Shown: positions 9,991-21,456, numbered from the stretch's first letter. The stretch is DNA of 64,000 nt from Anaeromyxobacteraceae bacterium (GCA_032654565.1 JAULAX010000017.1:288001-352000), one strand, 5' to 3'. The notes: generated by a model from the sequence alone, not told the origin. Made by a program: numbers and translations.

Positions 9991-11952
9991 TTACGGTCGC
10001 TTGCCCGGTCGCCGCGAGGGCAGGCGCGCCAGCGCTTCGATGGCGGCGCGGCGGACCCGGCCGGTGTAGTCGCTCTTCATCGCCTCCATCGCCGCCGAGG
10101 AAGGCTCGTGGCGCAGCCGCCCCAGCGCCCGGACCGCCGCCTCGCGGACCTCGCTCCGCTCGCTGGTCACCAGGGCGGCGACCGGCGGACCCGCCTCGGC
10201 CCCGGCCAGCGCGGCCAGCGCGTCGATGGCCTCCGGCAGCCAGGCCCCCTCGCCTCGCCCCACCAGCTCGAGGAGCGGCTTGACGCCCCCCGAGGCCCCC
10301 AGCTGGGCCAGGGCCTGGACCGCGGCCGCGGTCGACTCCCCCTCCAGCAACCTGGCCAGACCGGTGGCGGCCTCGGCGCCCCCGGTCCGGGCCAGCGCCC
10401 GGGCCAGCTCGATACGCCACCCGCCGTCCGCCACCCGGGTCTGGGCGGCAGCCCGGACCAGCGGCTGGGCCCCGGCCTCGCCGAGCCGCCCGAGCGCCCC
10501 GGCGGCCGCGGCTTGCACCGTCCGATCCGGATCGGCCAGCGCCTTCTCCAGCTCGGGGATGGCCGCCACCCCGCCCAGCCAGCCCTGCCCGTCCACCGCC
10601 CCGGCCCGGATGGCCGGCGACGGGTCGCCCAGCCCCCGCGCCAGGAGCGGCGCCATCCCGTCGGCCCGCAGCCGTCCTCCGGCGGCCAGCAGCGCCCCCA
10701 GCTCTTCCGCCTCGGGCGGCGCCAGGAAGGCCGGCGGGCTCCGGGCGTCGCTGAGCAGCCTGGCGCGCACCTCGTCGATCCGCCTGGAGAGCGCGGTGGC
10801 CCGCTCGGCGACGCCGCTCGCCGCCCCCGGCCAGCCGGTCACCCCCAGCCCCCGGGCCGCCGCGGCGCGCACCGCCGGCTCGCCTCCCCGGGCCGAGAGC
10901 AGCCCGAGCAGCCGTCGGCTCACCGCCTCGGCGTCGGCGCCGTCCCAGCGCAGCTCGGCCAGGGCCGCCAGCGCCGCCGGTTCGCCGGCCCGGCCGATCC
11001 GGTTGAGCAGCGGCTTGAGCGGGCAGCTGGCCCCCCGCTGGCGCGCCAGGCGGGCCGCCTGCGTGACCCGGGCCGGATCGGCGCTGCGCACGGCCACGGC
11101 GCAGAGCGCCCCGGCCACCTCGGAGGCCTTGGGGAGCGCCCCCAGCGCCGCCATGGCCGCCGCGCCCGGCGCCCCGCCCCGCTCGGCCACACCGGCCAGG
11201 CTGTCGGCGGTGCCCGGGTCACCGAGCAGCCTGAGGCCGTCGGCGGCCGCCTCGGCCAGGCCGGGGCGCTGCGAGGCCAGCAGCCGCTCCAGCCGGATCC
11301 GCGCCTCTCGATCCCCGGTGGCCCCGAGCCCGCGGGCCACCCCGGCCACCAGCACCGGGTCGAGCCGGTCTCCCTCGGTCAGCAGCGCCACCAGCCGGGT
11401 CACCGCCTCGACCCGCCCGCTGGCGCCCAGCTCCTCGGCCGCGCCGGCCCGCTCCGACGGGCTGCCACGCTCCAGCGCCGAGAGGTTCCGCTCGTAGTTG
11501 ATGCGCGCCTCGGCCTCCACCGCCTCGCGCAGCGTGCCGCCGATCGAGACCAGGGCCTCGGCGATGGCCGCCCGGCCGGCCGAGCTGGCCACCGCGTACC
11601 CGGCCAGCAGCCGGGCCTTTCCGCCGGCGCCGGGGGCCAGCCGGGAGAGCCCCCGCGCCGCGGCGCGCGCCACCGCCGGCTCGGCGTCCCCCAGCATCGA
11701 CCCCAGCCCCTCGGCGGCGCGCGGCCCGCCCAGCTCCACCAGCGCCTCGGCCGCGGCCAGCCTCACCTCGACGCTGCGGTCGGCCTGGGCCAGCAGCAGC
11801 GCCGGCAGCGCCTGCGCCGGGCTGTCGCCGCCGAGGCGACGGACGGCGGCGGCGCGCCGCTGCGGATCCGGTGAGTCGAGGTCGGCCCGGGAGGGGCAGC
11901 CGGTCCCGAACGAGGCGACCAGCAGCAGGACGAGGGTGCGGTGGGGAAGCAT
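9991..11952 (-). CDS. HEAT-repeat lipoprotein
   Basis: Signal peptide with lipobox (FGTG-C), many VRxAAAxAL repeats. Confidence 0.8.
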   Translation of the reverse strand: MLPHRTLVLLLVASFGTGCPSRADLDSPDPQRRAAAVRRLGGDSPAQALPALLLAQADRSVEVRLAAAEALVELGGPRAAEGLGSMLGDAEPAVARAAARGLSRLAPGAGGKARLLAGYAVASSAGRAAIAEALVSIGGTLREAVEAEARINYERNLSALERGSPSERAGAAEELGASGRVEAVTRLVALLTEGDRLDPVLVAGVARGLGATGDREARIRLERLLASQRPGLAEAAADGLRLLGDPGTADSLAGVAERGGAPGAAAMAALGALPKASEVAGALCAVAVRSADPARVTQAARLARQRGASCPLKPLLNRIGRAGEPAALAALAELRWDGADAEAVSRRLLGLLSARGGEPAVRAAAARGLGVTGWPGAASGVAERATALSRRIDEVRARLLSDARSPPAFLAPPEAEELGALLAAGGRLRADGMAPLLARGLGDPSPAIRAGAVDGQGWLGGVAAIPELEKALADPDRTVQAAAAGALGRLGEAGAQPLVRAAAQTRVADGGWRIELARALARTGGAEAATGLARLLEGESTAAAVQALAQLGASGGVKPLLELVGRGEGAWLPEAIDALAALAGAEAGPPVAALVTSERSEVREAAVRALGRLRHEPSSAAMEAMKSDYTGRVRRAAIEALARLPSRRPGKRP

Positions 11953-12026
11953 TGCCCCCACTGTCCCGCGCCGCCTCCCGGCGCCGCAAGCGAAAGCGGT
12001 CCCTCCCGGGAGCCGAGAATGGGTGG

Positions 12027-13331
12027 CTACCGGCCGGAGCGCGGAGGGCGCCCGCCCGGGGACCGCCCGCCGAATCCGCCGGAGCGCCCGCCGCTGGGGC
12101 GCTGCGGCTGGCCCGAGCGCGCCGCCCGCTCCTGCCGGCTGCCGCGGCTCGGCCTCGCCTTCCGGTCGCCCGGGGCCGGACGGCTGCCCGGGGCGGTCCG
12201 CTCCGGCGTGACGCCGTGGGCCGGGCCGGTGGTCCGCTCGGTGCGGGCCGTGCGGTCGGTGCGCTCCGTCCGGCCGGTGCGGGCCGTGCGCTGGTCGCGC
12301 CCTTCCCGCCCGGCCCCGCCGCCGCGTCCGTCCCGGCCGCCCCGCTCCGGTCGCTCACCACGGCGCTCCGGGCGGCCCGGCCGCTCCGCCCTGGGCTTCG
12401 GCCCGGCCTTGGCCTTGGCCCTGGCCTCGGCGCTGGGGGCGTTGTTCTCCTCGAACTCGCGCTGGTCGCCGGCGTGGCCGGGGCGCCTGGTCCCGGCGTG
12501 GGTGGCCGCCTGCGGGGGCGGGCCGTGGCCGTGGCGCCGCCCCGCCTTGGGGAGGTCGTGCGGCATGACGGTGCGGCCCGGCTCGCCCCCCTCCATCCCC
12601 ACCGCCCCGCGCATGGTCTGGACCTCCTCGGAGGTCAGGTCGCGCCAGTGGCCGGGGCGCAGGCGGGCCACGGTGATGCCGCCGAACTCCGGCCGGTAGA
12701 GCCGCAGCACCGGCAGCCCCACCGACTCGCAGAGCCGCTTCACCAGGTGGAACCGCCCCTCCCCCACCACGATCCTCACCCAGGTGTTGGTCTCCACCTT
12801 CTCGTGGACGTCGGCGCTGAGCGCCTTGGCCGGACCGTCCTCGAGCCGCACCCCCTCCACCAGGCGGCGCAGCGCCGCCTCGTCGGGCACCCCCTTGGTC
12901 TTGACCAGGTAGACGCGCCGGTGGCCGTAGCGGGGGTGGGCCAGCCGGTTGGCCAGCTCGCCGTCGTCGGTGAAGAGCAGCGCCCCCTCGGCGTCGTAGT
13001 CGAGCCGCCCCACCGGGAAGACCCGCTCCTCGACGCCGGAGAGGTAGCCGCGGGCGGTGGGTCGCCCCTGCGGATCGGAGAGCGTGGTGACGCAGCCGGG
13101 CGGCTTGTAGAGCAGGATGTAGCGCCGCGCCTGGTTCTGCTCCAGCGGCTGGCCGTCCACCACCACCAGGTCGCGCCCCGGCGTCACCTTGGTGCCCAGC
13201 TCCTTCACCACCAGGCCGTTCACCTTGACCCGGCCGGACTGGATGATCTCCTCGGCCTTGCGGCGGGAGGCCAGGCCGGCGTCGGCGAGGAACTTCTGCA
13301 GTCGGACGGTGCCGGTGCTGGGCTTGCTCAT
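12027..13331 (-). CDS. rluB: rRNA pseudouridine synthase, RsuA/RluB family, with Arg/Gly-rich tail
   Basis: S4 domain RLQKFLADAGLASRRKAEE, GRLD catalytic motif; follows scpB. Confidence 0.88.
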   Translation of the reverse strand: MSKPSTGTVRLQKFLADAGLASRRKAEEIIQSGRVKVNGLVVKELGTKVTPGRDLVVVDGQPLEQNQARRYILLYKPPGCVTTLSDPQGRPTARGYLSGVEERVFPVGRLDYDAEGALLFTDDGELANRLAHPRYGHRRVYLVKTKGVPDEAALRRLVEGVRLEDGPAKALSADVHEKVETNTWVRIVVGEGRFHLVKRLCESVGLPVLRLYRPEFGGITVARLRPGHWRDLTSEEVQTMRGAVGMEGGEPGRTVMPHDLPKAGRRHGHGPPPQAATHAGTRRPGHAGDQREFEENNAPSAEARAKAKAGPKPRAERPGRPERRGERPERGGRDGRGGGAGREGRDQRTARTGRTERTDRTARTERTTGPAHGVTPERTAPGSRPAPGDRKARPSRGSRQERAARSGQPQRPSGGRSGGFGGRSPGGRPPRSGR

Positions 13332-14263
13332 GTGGTCCCCGTGGGTTCGTCGGGCGGGTGGTCTTCCGGCGGCGTGGCCAGCGCGGCCTCGGCGGCGCGG
13401 GAGACGGTGTCGGCCACCGCCAGCGCCTTCTCCAGCTCGTCGAGCGCGGCGTCCGACTCGGCCTGGCGGGCCTCCAGCTCGGCCACCAGCGTCGGGTCGG
13501 CCAGCCCCTCGACGATGCCGGCCGCCGGCGTCTCGGGCTGCTGCTCGACGATCTCGCGGTGCTCCTCGGAGAGCTCGTGGAACTCGCGCAGCGTCGGCAG
13601 CGAGGCCAGGTCCTTGAGCGCGAAGAACTCGAGGAACTCGCGCGAGGTGCCGTAGAGGATGGGGCGGCCCGGCTCCTCCTTCTTGCCGAGGATCTTGAGC
13701 AGCTTGCGGTCGAGCAGCGCCTTGACCACCGCGCCGCTGTCGACGCCGCGGATCTCCTCGACCTCGGGGCGGGTCACCGGCTGCCGGTAGGCGATGATGG
13801 CCAGGGTCTCCAGCGCGGCGCGGGTGAGCCGCTGCGGCTTGACCTTGAGGAAGCGGCGGGCGAAGGCGGAGTTGTCCGGCGAGCTGCGCAGCTGCCAGCC
13901 GCCGGCCACCTCGTGGAGCACCACGCCGCAGGGCCCCTCGCGGTAGTGGCCGGAGAGCTGGTCGAGCGCCTTCTCGATCCGCTCCGCCTCGAGGCCGCTG
14001 GCCTGGCGGATCTCCTCGACGGTGAGGGGGCGCTCGGCGAGGAACAGCAGGGTCTCGACCACGGTGCGGACCCGGTCGACCCCCAGCCGCTTGGCCGCCG
14101 CCGCCAGCTTCTCGAACGGCTCCTCCTTCTCCTCGGCCACGTCGATCTCGGCCGGCTCGACCTCGTCGAGCGCCGGATCGGCCTTGGCCTCCTCGGCCGC
14201 CTGGAGCTGGGCCAGCTCCTCGGCGGAGACGCCCGGGGCCGGCGGTGGGTGCGGCTGGTTCAT
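13328..14263 (-). CDS. scpB: SMC-Scp complex subunit ScpB
   Basis: LETLAIIAYRQPVTRPEVEEIRGV, PGRPILYGT. Confidence 0.96.
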   Translation of the reverse strand: MNQPHPPPAPGVSAEELAQLQAAEEAKADPALDEVEPAEIDVAEEKEEPFEKLAAAAKRLGVDRVRTVVETLLFLAERPLTVEEIRQASGLEAERIEKALDQLSGHYREGPCGVVLHEVAGGWQLRSSPDNSAFARRFLKVKPQRLTRAALETLAIIAYRQPVTRPEVEEIRGVDSGAVVKALLDRKLLKILGKKEEPGRPILYGTSREFLEFFALKDLASLPTLREFHELSEEHREIVEQQPETPAAGIVEGLADPTLVAELEARQAESDAALDELEKALAVADTVSRAAEAALATPPEDHPPDEPTGTT

Positions 14264-15147
14264 CGGTACTCCTCCTGCGAGCCGGGGGAGACCCCGTCGC
14301 CGAGCGTGTCCTTGGCCTCGACCAGGATCTCCGAGCCGACCTCGCCGGCCTCGTCGATGGAGGCCTGGTAGATGCGGATCAGCTTGAGCTTGGCCATCTC
14401 GAGGATGGCCAGGAAGGTGGCGATGACCTCGGCGCGGGTGTTGGGCGCGCCCTGCTCGCCGCGCAGCAGCTCCTCGAAGCTGGCCCGGCCGTTCAGGCGC
14501 AGCACCTCCACCACCCGGGCGATGGCGTCGGTGATGGAGAGCCGGTCGGTGAAGATCTCGTGGGTGGTGTCGGGCCGGGCGTTCTTGAGGGCCCGGTCCA
14601 GCGCCTCGATGAGCTTGAAGATGGAGATGTCGGCCAGCCCCTCCGGGCCGTCGGCCGCCGCCGGCCGCTCCGCCCGGGCCCGCCGGGTGAAGACGGTCCG
14701 CTCCAGGATGTCGCGCTCGCCCAGCTCGGCGCCCGCCGCCTTGTACTTCTGGTAGACCAGCAGCCGCCGCACCAGCTCGGCGCGGGGGTCGGCGCCGGTC
14801 TCCTCCGGCTCGGCGTCCTCGGCCACCTCGGTGCGCGGCAGCAGCAGCTTGCTCTTCATGAGCATGAGCTGCGCCGCCATGTCGAGGAAGCTGCCGGCCA
14901 CGTCGATGTCCAGCTCGCGCAGCAGCTCCAGCGCCGCCAGGTAGCTCTCGGTGATGCGGGCGATGGGGATGTCGAGGATCTCGACCTGGTGCTCCTTGAC
15001 CAGGTGGAGCAGCAGGTCGAGCGGCCCCTCGAAGGGCGGCTCGCCCGGCCGGAAGGGGGGCAGCGAGAGGCGGAAGGCGTCCACCGGGCGAGCCGGGGCC
15101 TCCTCGGCGGCGCCCGCGGCGCCCAGCTCTTCCCCCTGCGTCGACAT
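14260..15147 (-). CDS. scpA: segregation and condensation protein A
   Basis: FEGPLDLLLHLV, KSKLLLP, TFLAILEM. Confidence 0.96.
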   Translation of the reverse strand: MSTQGEELGAAGAAEEAPARPVDAFRLSLPPFRPGEPPFEGPLDLLLHLVKEHQVEILDIPIARITESYLAALELLRELDIDVAGSFLDMAAQLMLMKSKLLLPRTEVAEDAEPEETGADPRAELVRRLLVYQKYKAAGAELGERDILERTVFTRRARAERPAAADGPEGLADISIFKLIEALDRALKNARPDTTHEIFTDRLSITDAIARVVEVLRLNGRASFEELLRGEQGAPNTRAEVIATFLAILEMAKLKLIRIYQASIDEAGEVGSEILVEAKDTLGDGVSPGSQEEYR

Positions 15148-15175
15148 CGCCCTGGCCGCTCCCCGCCCCGCCAGC

Positions 15176-16168
<993 letters not shown>

Positions 16169-16178
16169 GTGGTGCTCC

Positions 16179-16826
16179 TCAGGCCAGGGCCCGGGTGAGC
16201 TCGAAGAGCAGCGAGGCCAGCGACTGGATGGGCCCCGAGACCAGCCGGCCACCGAACATGAAGACGGCGATGAGCAGGAAGGGGGCGAACCGCTCCAGGT
16301 CGTGCCACATGGTGCGCAGCCGGTAGGGCAGCACCCAGGCGACGATGCGGCTGCCGTCGAGCGGCGGGATGGGGATGAGGTTGAAGAGCGCCAGGCTGAC
16401 GTTGAGCAGCACCATGTTGACGAGGAAGAAGCGGGCCGGCTGGCCGTTCTCCACCAGCTCCGGCGCCAGGCGGAAGGTCAGGCCGAGGCCGACGGCGGCC
16501 AGGATCGCCAGCACCAGGTTGGAGAGGGGCCCGGCGGCGGCGGTGATGGCCATGCCCCGCCCCATGGTGACGGTGCGCCGGAAGCGGGCCGGATCGACCG
16601 GGACCGGCTTGGCCCAGCCGAAGGGGATGGGCGAGAAGAGCGGGAGCAGGATGGTGCCGAGCAGGTCGATGTGGCTCAAGGGGTTGAGCGTGAGCCGGCC
16701 GGCGCGCGAGGCGGTGTCGTCGCCGAGCTTCCACGCGCTCCAGGCGTGGGCGAACTCGTGGACGGTGAGCGACAAGATCGACAGCGGCAGCCACATCAGC
16801 CGCCAGACAAAATCAGGACTCGCCAA
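16179..16826 (-). CDS. site-2 protease family (M50) protein
   Basis: HEFAH, AAGPLSN, FNLIPIPPLDG. TTG start with SD. Confidence 0.92.
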   Translation of the reverse strand: MASPDFVWRLMWLPLSILSLTVHEFAHAWSAWKLGDDTASRAGRLTLNPLSHIDLLGTILLPLFSPIPFGWAKPVPVDPARFRRTVTMGRGMAITAAAGPLSNLVLAILAAVGLGLTFRLAPELVENGQPARFFLVNMVLLNVSLALFNLIPIPPLDGSRIVAWVLPYRLRTMWHDLERFAPFLLIAVFMFGGRLVSGPIQSLASLLFELTRALA

Positions 16827-16966
16827 GGGGGGACCTCTCCGAAAGAAGAGTGGTTTAGCAGCGCTTGGCGCTCCGGGTCAACGCGCCGCTCGGTGGCGCG
16901 AAGCGCCGTGGTGACGGGACTTTGCAGCGTGCGCCGCGGCGGGGATGGGGGCGGCCCGGGGGCGCC

Positions 16967-17863
16967 TCAGGCGCGCGGGTGGAAGCGGTCGTAGAGCCGG
17001 CGCGCCTGGGTGGTGTCGACGTGGGTGTAGATCTGCGTGGTGGCCACGTCGGCGTGCCCCAGCATGGCCTGCACCGCCCGCAGGTCGGCGCCGCCGGCCA
17101 GCAGGTGGGTGGCGAAGGAGTGGCGCAGCTTGTGGGGCGAGATGGCCCGGCCGATGCCGGCGGCCCGGCCGTGGCGGACCAGCAGCCGGGCGAAGCCGTG
17201 GCGGGTCATGCGCCCTCCCCTGGAGGTGACGAACAGGTCCGGGGAGCGCCGCCCCTTGAGCAGGAGCTCGCGGGCGCCACCCAGGTAGGCCCGGATCGAC
17301 TCGGCGGCCGGGGCCCCCACCGGCACCAGCCGCTCCTTGTTCCCCTTCCCCCGCGCCACCAGCACCCGGGTCTCCAGGTTGACGTCGTTCAAGGTGAGGC
17401 CGACCAGCTCCGAGACCCGCAGCCCGGTGGCGTAGAGCAGCTCCAGCATGGCCCGGTCGCGCCGCCCCGCCGCGGTGCGCGGATCCGGGGTGACCAGCAG
17501 CCGGGCGCACTCCTCCGGCGAGAGCGGCCGCGGCAGCTTCCGCTCCCGGCGCGGCGAGTCGACCTCGTCGGCCGGGTCGGTGGGGGTCAGCTTCTCGGCC
17601 ACCAGCAGCCGGTGGAAGGTGCGGATGGCGGAGAGGGCCCGGGCCTGGGAGCGCGGGGAGAGGCCGCGCCCCACCAGCCCGGCCAGGTGGTCCTGGACGT
17701 GGCGCCTCGTCACCTCGGCCCAGCGTGCGACCCCGGCCGCGGCCAGGTGGTCGAGGTAGCCGCGCAGGTCGTGGCCGTACCCCTCCACGGTGTTGGCGGA
17801 GAGCCCCTTCTCCACGCGGACGTGGACCAGGAAGAGATCGAGGGCGGGGTCGAGCGGGGACAT
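16967..17863 (-). CDS. xerD: site-specific tyrosine recombinase XerD
   Basis: ELLYATGLRVSEL, GKGNKER, SPHKLRHSFATHLL, LGHA, TTQIYTH, FHPRA C-terminus. Confidence 0.93.
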   Translation of the reverse strand: MSPLDPALDLFLVHVRVEKGLSANTVEGYGHDLRGYLDHLAAAGVARWAEVTRRHVQDHLAGLVGRGLSPRSQARALSAIRTFHRLLVAEKLTPTDPADEVDSPRRERKLPRPLSPEECARLLVTPDPRTAAGRRDRAMLELLYATGLRVSELVGLTLNDVNLETRVLVARGKGNKERLVPVGAPAAESIRAYLGGARELLLKGRRSPDLFVTSRGGRMTRHGFARLLVRHGRAAGIGRAISPHKLRHSFATHLLAGGADLRAVQAMLGHADVATTQIYTHVDTTQARRLYDRFHPRA

Positions 17864-17986
17864 CGCGGCGACGATATCGCCGCGGCCGGCCGAGTCCAGT
17901 AACGGGCCAGGCGCCGTCGACCGCCCAGCGCCACGGCCAGCGAAAGGTCCAGCCACGGCCGGGCCTGCGCCGCGCCTCCCGCCCGC

Positions 17987-18610
17987 TCAGGTGAGCAGGT
18001 CGGAGACGTCGCCCTTGCCGACCCGCACCACCACCGGCTCCGGGCCGGAGAGGTCGATCACCGAGGAGGGCTCGTTGGCCAGGGCGCCGCCGTCGAGGAT
18101 GAGCTCGAGCCCATGCCCCAGCTGCTCCTTGACGTCGCGGGCGTCCATCAGCACCTCGCCGTCCGGGGTGGCCGCCGAGGTCGAGATGATGGGGTGGCCG
18201 AGCCGGCGGACCAGCTCCAGGGCGATGGGGCTGTCGGGGATGCGGATGCCCACCGTCTTCTGCCGGCGCAGCACCAGGTCCGGCACCAGCCGGGTGGCCG
18301 GGAGGATGAAGGTGAAGGGGCCCGGCACCTTGCGGCGCAGCACCCGGTAGGCGGCGTTGTCGACGATGGCGTAGCGGGCGATCTCGGCCAGGTCCTGGCA
18401 GATGAAGGAGAGCGCCTGGGTGCGCGGCAGCTGCTTGAGCAGGTAGATGCGCTCGATGGCCCGCTTGTCGAACAGGTCGCAGCCGAGGCCGTAGTAGGTG
18501 TCGGTGGGGAAGGCCAGCAGCCCGCCCCCGGAGAGGGCCGACACGGCCCGCTCGATGACCCGCGGCTGGGGGTTGACCGGATCGATCTCGACGATGTTGG
18601 CGACCGCCAT
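17987..18610 (-). CDS. Sua5/YciO/YrdC family protein
   Basis: PTDTYYGLGC, PGPFTFIL, VGIRIP, STSA; YciO-like N-terminus NPQPR. Confidence 0.9.
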   Translation of the reverse strand: MAVANIVEIDPVNPQPRVIERAVSALSGGGLLAFPTDTYYGLGCDLFDKRAIERIYLLKQLPRTQALSFICQDLAEIARYAIVDNAAYRVLRRKVPGPFTFILPATRLVPDLVLRRQKTVGIRIPDSPIALELVRRLGHPIISTSAATPDGEVLMDARDVKEQLGHGLELILDGGALANEPSSVIDLSGPEPVVVRVGKGDVSDLLT

Positions 18611-18627
18611 CTGGAGATTTTAGCAGC

Positions 18628-21411
18628 TTACCGGTCGGGACGGGAGAGCGCCGCGGTGATGGCCTCGACCACCTGGGTGGCCACCTCGCCGAGCAGCCGC
18701 GCCCCCTGCTCGGTCCGCACGTAGAAGGCGTCGGCGGCCCGGTGCCCCTCGGTGGTGATGCGGGCCAGGTCCACGGTGAGGCCGAGCTCGAAGAAGGTGC
18801 GGGCCAGGGTGTGCAGCAGCCCGACCCGGTCGGCGCAGAAGACGTCGACCACCGAGTGGCTGCGGGCGCTGTCGTTGTCGATGACCACCTTGACCGCCAG
18901 CCGGGGCAGCGGCTTGGCCGGCAGGCTGGAGGCGCGCAGGCGCCGCTCCATCACCGCCTCCAGCGTCTCGCGGCCGCCCAGCACCCGGTCGAGATCGCGC
19001 CGGGCCGACCGCCAGCGCAGCGGCTCCAGCGGGCCGTCCTCCGGGCCGCGCAGCGCGAAGATGTCGAGCGCCCGGCCCGCCACCGGCCCCAGCCCAGGTT
19101 CGTCGGGCGTGGAGAAGACCTCGGCGTGCTGGATGTCGATGCGGTGGGCCGCCAGCACCCCGGTGACGGTGGCCAGCAGGCCGGGCCGGTCGAAGGCGGT
19201 GAGGTGGACCTCGGAGTGGCCGAGGCCGGCGGGGTGGCGGATCCAGGCGGCCATGGGGCGCTGCCGCCCCAGCCGGAAGAGCCGCAGGTGGCGCGGCGCC
19301 TGGTCCGGCGGCACGGTGACGAAGTAGCGGGCCGGCATGGCCTCGATGAAGCGGGCCTGCTCCTCCAGGGAGATGCCGCTGGAGTGGGCCGCCAGCGCCG
19401 CCCGGGCCCGCCCCCGCCCCTCCGACTCGGCGGTGCCCGGCTCGGGACGCCGCTCGCCCCGCGCCAGCACGGCCCGGGTCTTCTCGAAGAGCTCCTTCAG
19501 CAGCCGGGCCTTGAACTCGGTCCAGGTCCGCGGGCCGACGGTGGCGATGTCGGCGTAGGTGAGCAGGTAGAGCTTCTCCAGCCGGTCGACGGTGCCGACC
19601 TCCTCGGCGAAGGCGTGGATCAGGTCGGGGTCGGACAGGTCGCGCCGCTGCGAGATCGAGGACATGCGCAGGTGGCGGGCCACCAGCCACTCGATGTCGG
19701 CGGCGTCGGCCGGGTCGACGCCCATGCGCAGGCAGGCCTCGGCGGAGATCTCGGCGCCGCGGGCCGAGTGATCCTTGCCGCTCCCCTTGCCGATGTCGTG
19801 GAAGAGGGTGCCGAGGTAGAGCGGCAGCGGCCGCGCCAGCGCCTGCATCAGCGCCGTCAGCCCCTCCTCCTGCACGTCGCCGCAGCGGAGCGCCAGCAGC
19901 CGCCGCACCGCGAACAGCGAGTGAACGTCCACGGTGTACACGTGGTAGACGTCGATCTGGCGCCGCGCCGTGATGCGCGCGAACTCCGGCAGCACCCGCT
20001 GGAAGACGCCCAGCTCGTGCATGCGGGTGAGGAAGCGGCCCCGCGTCCCCTTGCGGGTGAAGCAGCCGAGCAGCTCGGCGTTCATCTCGGCGTCGTCGGC
20101 GGCCCCCGCCGGCAGCGCCTCGGCGGCCTCGGTGGCCTGGTCACGGGCGTAGGGGTAGAGATCCAGCCCCTCGCGGTCGGCGGCGGCGAAGAGCCGGACC
20201 AGCGCCGCCGGGGAGCGGCGCAGCACGTCCTTGTCGATGAGCGAGAGGCGGCCCCGGAAGATCTTGAACTCGCCGCCCTCGAGGTTGCGGTCGGCGGCCC
20301 GGGCCGGCTGGCCCCGCACCGTGGGCACCGCCTTCTCCGCCCCGGTCATGGCCGCCGGCGGCGGCACGGTGCGCCAGCCGCTGCTCGCCTGGGGCTCCAG
20401 GCAGCGGTCGACGATGGCGTCGCAGGCCACCAGCACGGTCTTGGCGGCCAGGTAGTAGTGGCGCATGAACTGCTCCACCGCCGAGCTCTCCGGCCCGTCG
20501 GCGTAGCCCATGGCCTCGGCCACCTGCGGCTGGACGTCGAAGGTGAGCTGGTCGTTCTTGCGGCCGGAGAGGAAGTGCAGCTCGTTGCGCACCCGCCAGA
20601 TGAAGTCGCGGGCGCTGCGCATCTCCCGGACCTCCCGCTCCGGCAGCAGGGCCCGGTTGAGCAGGTCGGTGATGCCGGCCACCTTGAAGCGGACCCGGGC
20701 CGCCCAGAGCGCGCTCTGCAGGTCGCGCAGGCCGCCCTCCGACGACTTGACGTTGGGCTCCAGCAGGTAGAGCGAGTCGCCGAAGCGCTCTCGCCGCTCC
20801 CGCATCTCGGCCAGCTTGTCGCCGAGGAACTGGTCCACCTTGGCCTGGGAGAGGCCGTGCAGCTCCTCCCGCTCCAGGGCCCGGAAGAGCGCCTTGTCGC
20901 CGGTGAGGTAGCGCAGGTCGAGCAGCGCGGTGCGGGCGGTGTGGTCATCGCTGGCCAGCCGGTCGCAGGCCTTGAGGTCGCGGACCCCGTAGCCGACCTC
21001 GAGGTTGAGGTCCCAGAGCGAGTAAAGGAACTTCTCGCTGGCCGCCTTGACGAAGGGGTCGGGGCCGCCGTCGGCGTGGAGCACCAGCAGGTCGATGTCG
21101 CTGAAGGGGTTGAGCTCGCTGCGGCCGTAGCCCCCCAGCGCCACCAGCGCCACCGGGGTGGGGGCCAGGGCCGGGGCCACCGCGGCGCAGGCGCGCTCCC
21201 AGAGCGAGAGGATCAGCCCGTCCATGGCGGCGCACTGCAGCCGGACCACGGTGCGGCCGCTGCCTCCTTGCCGGTGCACCGCCTCGGCGAAGCGGCGCCG
21301 GGCCGCCAGGTCCGCCTTGGCGTCGCCGGTGAGCGGCGGCAGCTCGGCCAGCCGCTCGGAGAACTGGTACGGGCCGGGCGCGGGGAGGACGGTGCTGGGA
21401 GGGGCGCTCAT
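18628..21411 (-). CDS. glnD: [protein-PII] uridylyltransferase
   Basis: GGYGRSEL..SDIDL, LEPNVK..GGLRD, YHVYTVDVH, HDIGKG, two ACT domains. Confidence 0.96.
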   Translation of the reverse strand: MSAPPSTVLPAPGPYQFSERLAELPPLTGDAKADLAARRRFAEAVHRQGGSGRTVVRLQCAAMDGLILSLWERACAAVAPALAPTPVALVALGGYGRSELNPFSDIDLLVLHADGGPDPFVKAASEKFLYSLWDLNLEVGYGVRDLKACDRLASDDHTARTALLDLRYLTGDKALFRALEREELHGLSQAKVDQFLGDKLAEMRERRERFGDSLYLLEPNVKSSEGGLRDLQSALWAARVRFKVAGITDLLNRALLPEREVREMRSARDFIWRVRNELHFLSGRKNDQLTFDVQPQVAEAMGYADGPESSAVEQFMRHYYLAAKTVLVACDAIVDRCLEPQASSGWRTVPPPAAMTGAEKAVPTVRGQPARAADRNLEGGEFKIFRGRLSLIDKDVLRRSPAALVRLFAAADREGLDLYPYARDQATEAAEALPAGAADDAEMNAELLGCFTRKGTRGRFLTRMHELGVFQRVLPEFARITARRQIDVYHVYTVDVHSLFAVRRLLALRCGDVQEEGLTALMQALARPLPLYLGTLFHDIGKGSGKDHSARGAEISAEACLRMGVDPADAADIEWLVARHLRMSSISQRRDLSDPDLIHAFAEEVGTVDRLEKLYLLTYADIATVGPRTWTEFKARLLKELFEKTRAVLARGERRPEPGTAESEGRGRARAALAAHSSGISLEEQARFIEAMPARYFVTVPPDQAPRHLRLFRLGRQRPMAAWIRHPAGLGHSEVHLTAFDRPGLLATVTGVLAAHRIDIQHAEVFSTPDEPGLGPVAGRALDIFALRGPEDGPLEPLRWRSARRDLDRVLGGRETLEAVMERRLRASSLPAKPLPRLAVKVVIDNDSARSHSVVDVFCADRVGLLHTLARTFFELGLTVDLARITTEGHRAADAFYVRTEQGARLLGEVATQVVEAITAALSRPDR

Positions 21412-21456
21412 CTCTCACACGGGTATAACGCGGCGGGCCGGCGGCGCGCCCGCCCG

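Noticed and set aside
12200..12380. 9-bp tandem repeats in rluB and the 6-bp repeat at the greA 3' end
   Set aside because: They encode ordinary low-complexity tails (xRT, SE); in-frame, with no sign of phase variation.
16179..16826. Site-2 protease as the protease for the nearby anti-sigma
   Set aside because: Short PDZ-less M50 type in the trpS operon, 10 kb away; no evidence of a link.
16967..17863. Tyrosine recombinase as a prophage or island integrase
   Set aside because: XerD-specific motifs and housekeeping neighbours; no att repeats, tRNA or phage genes.
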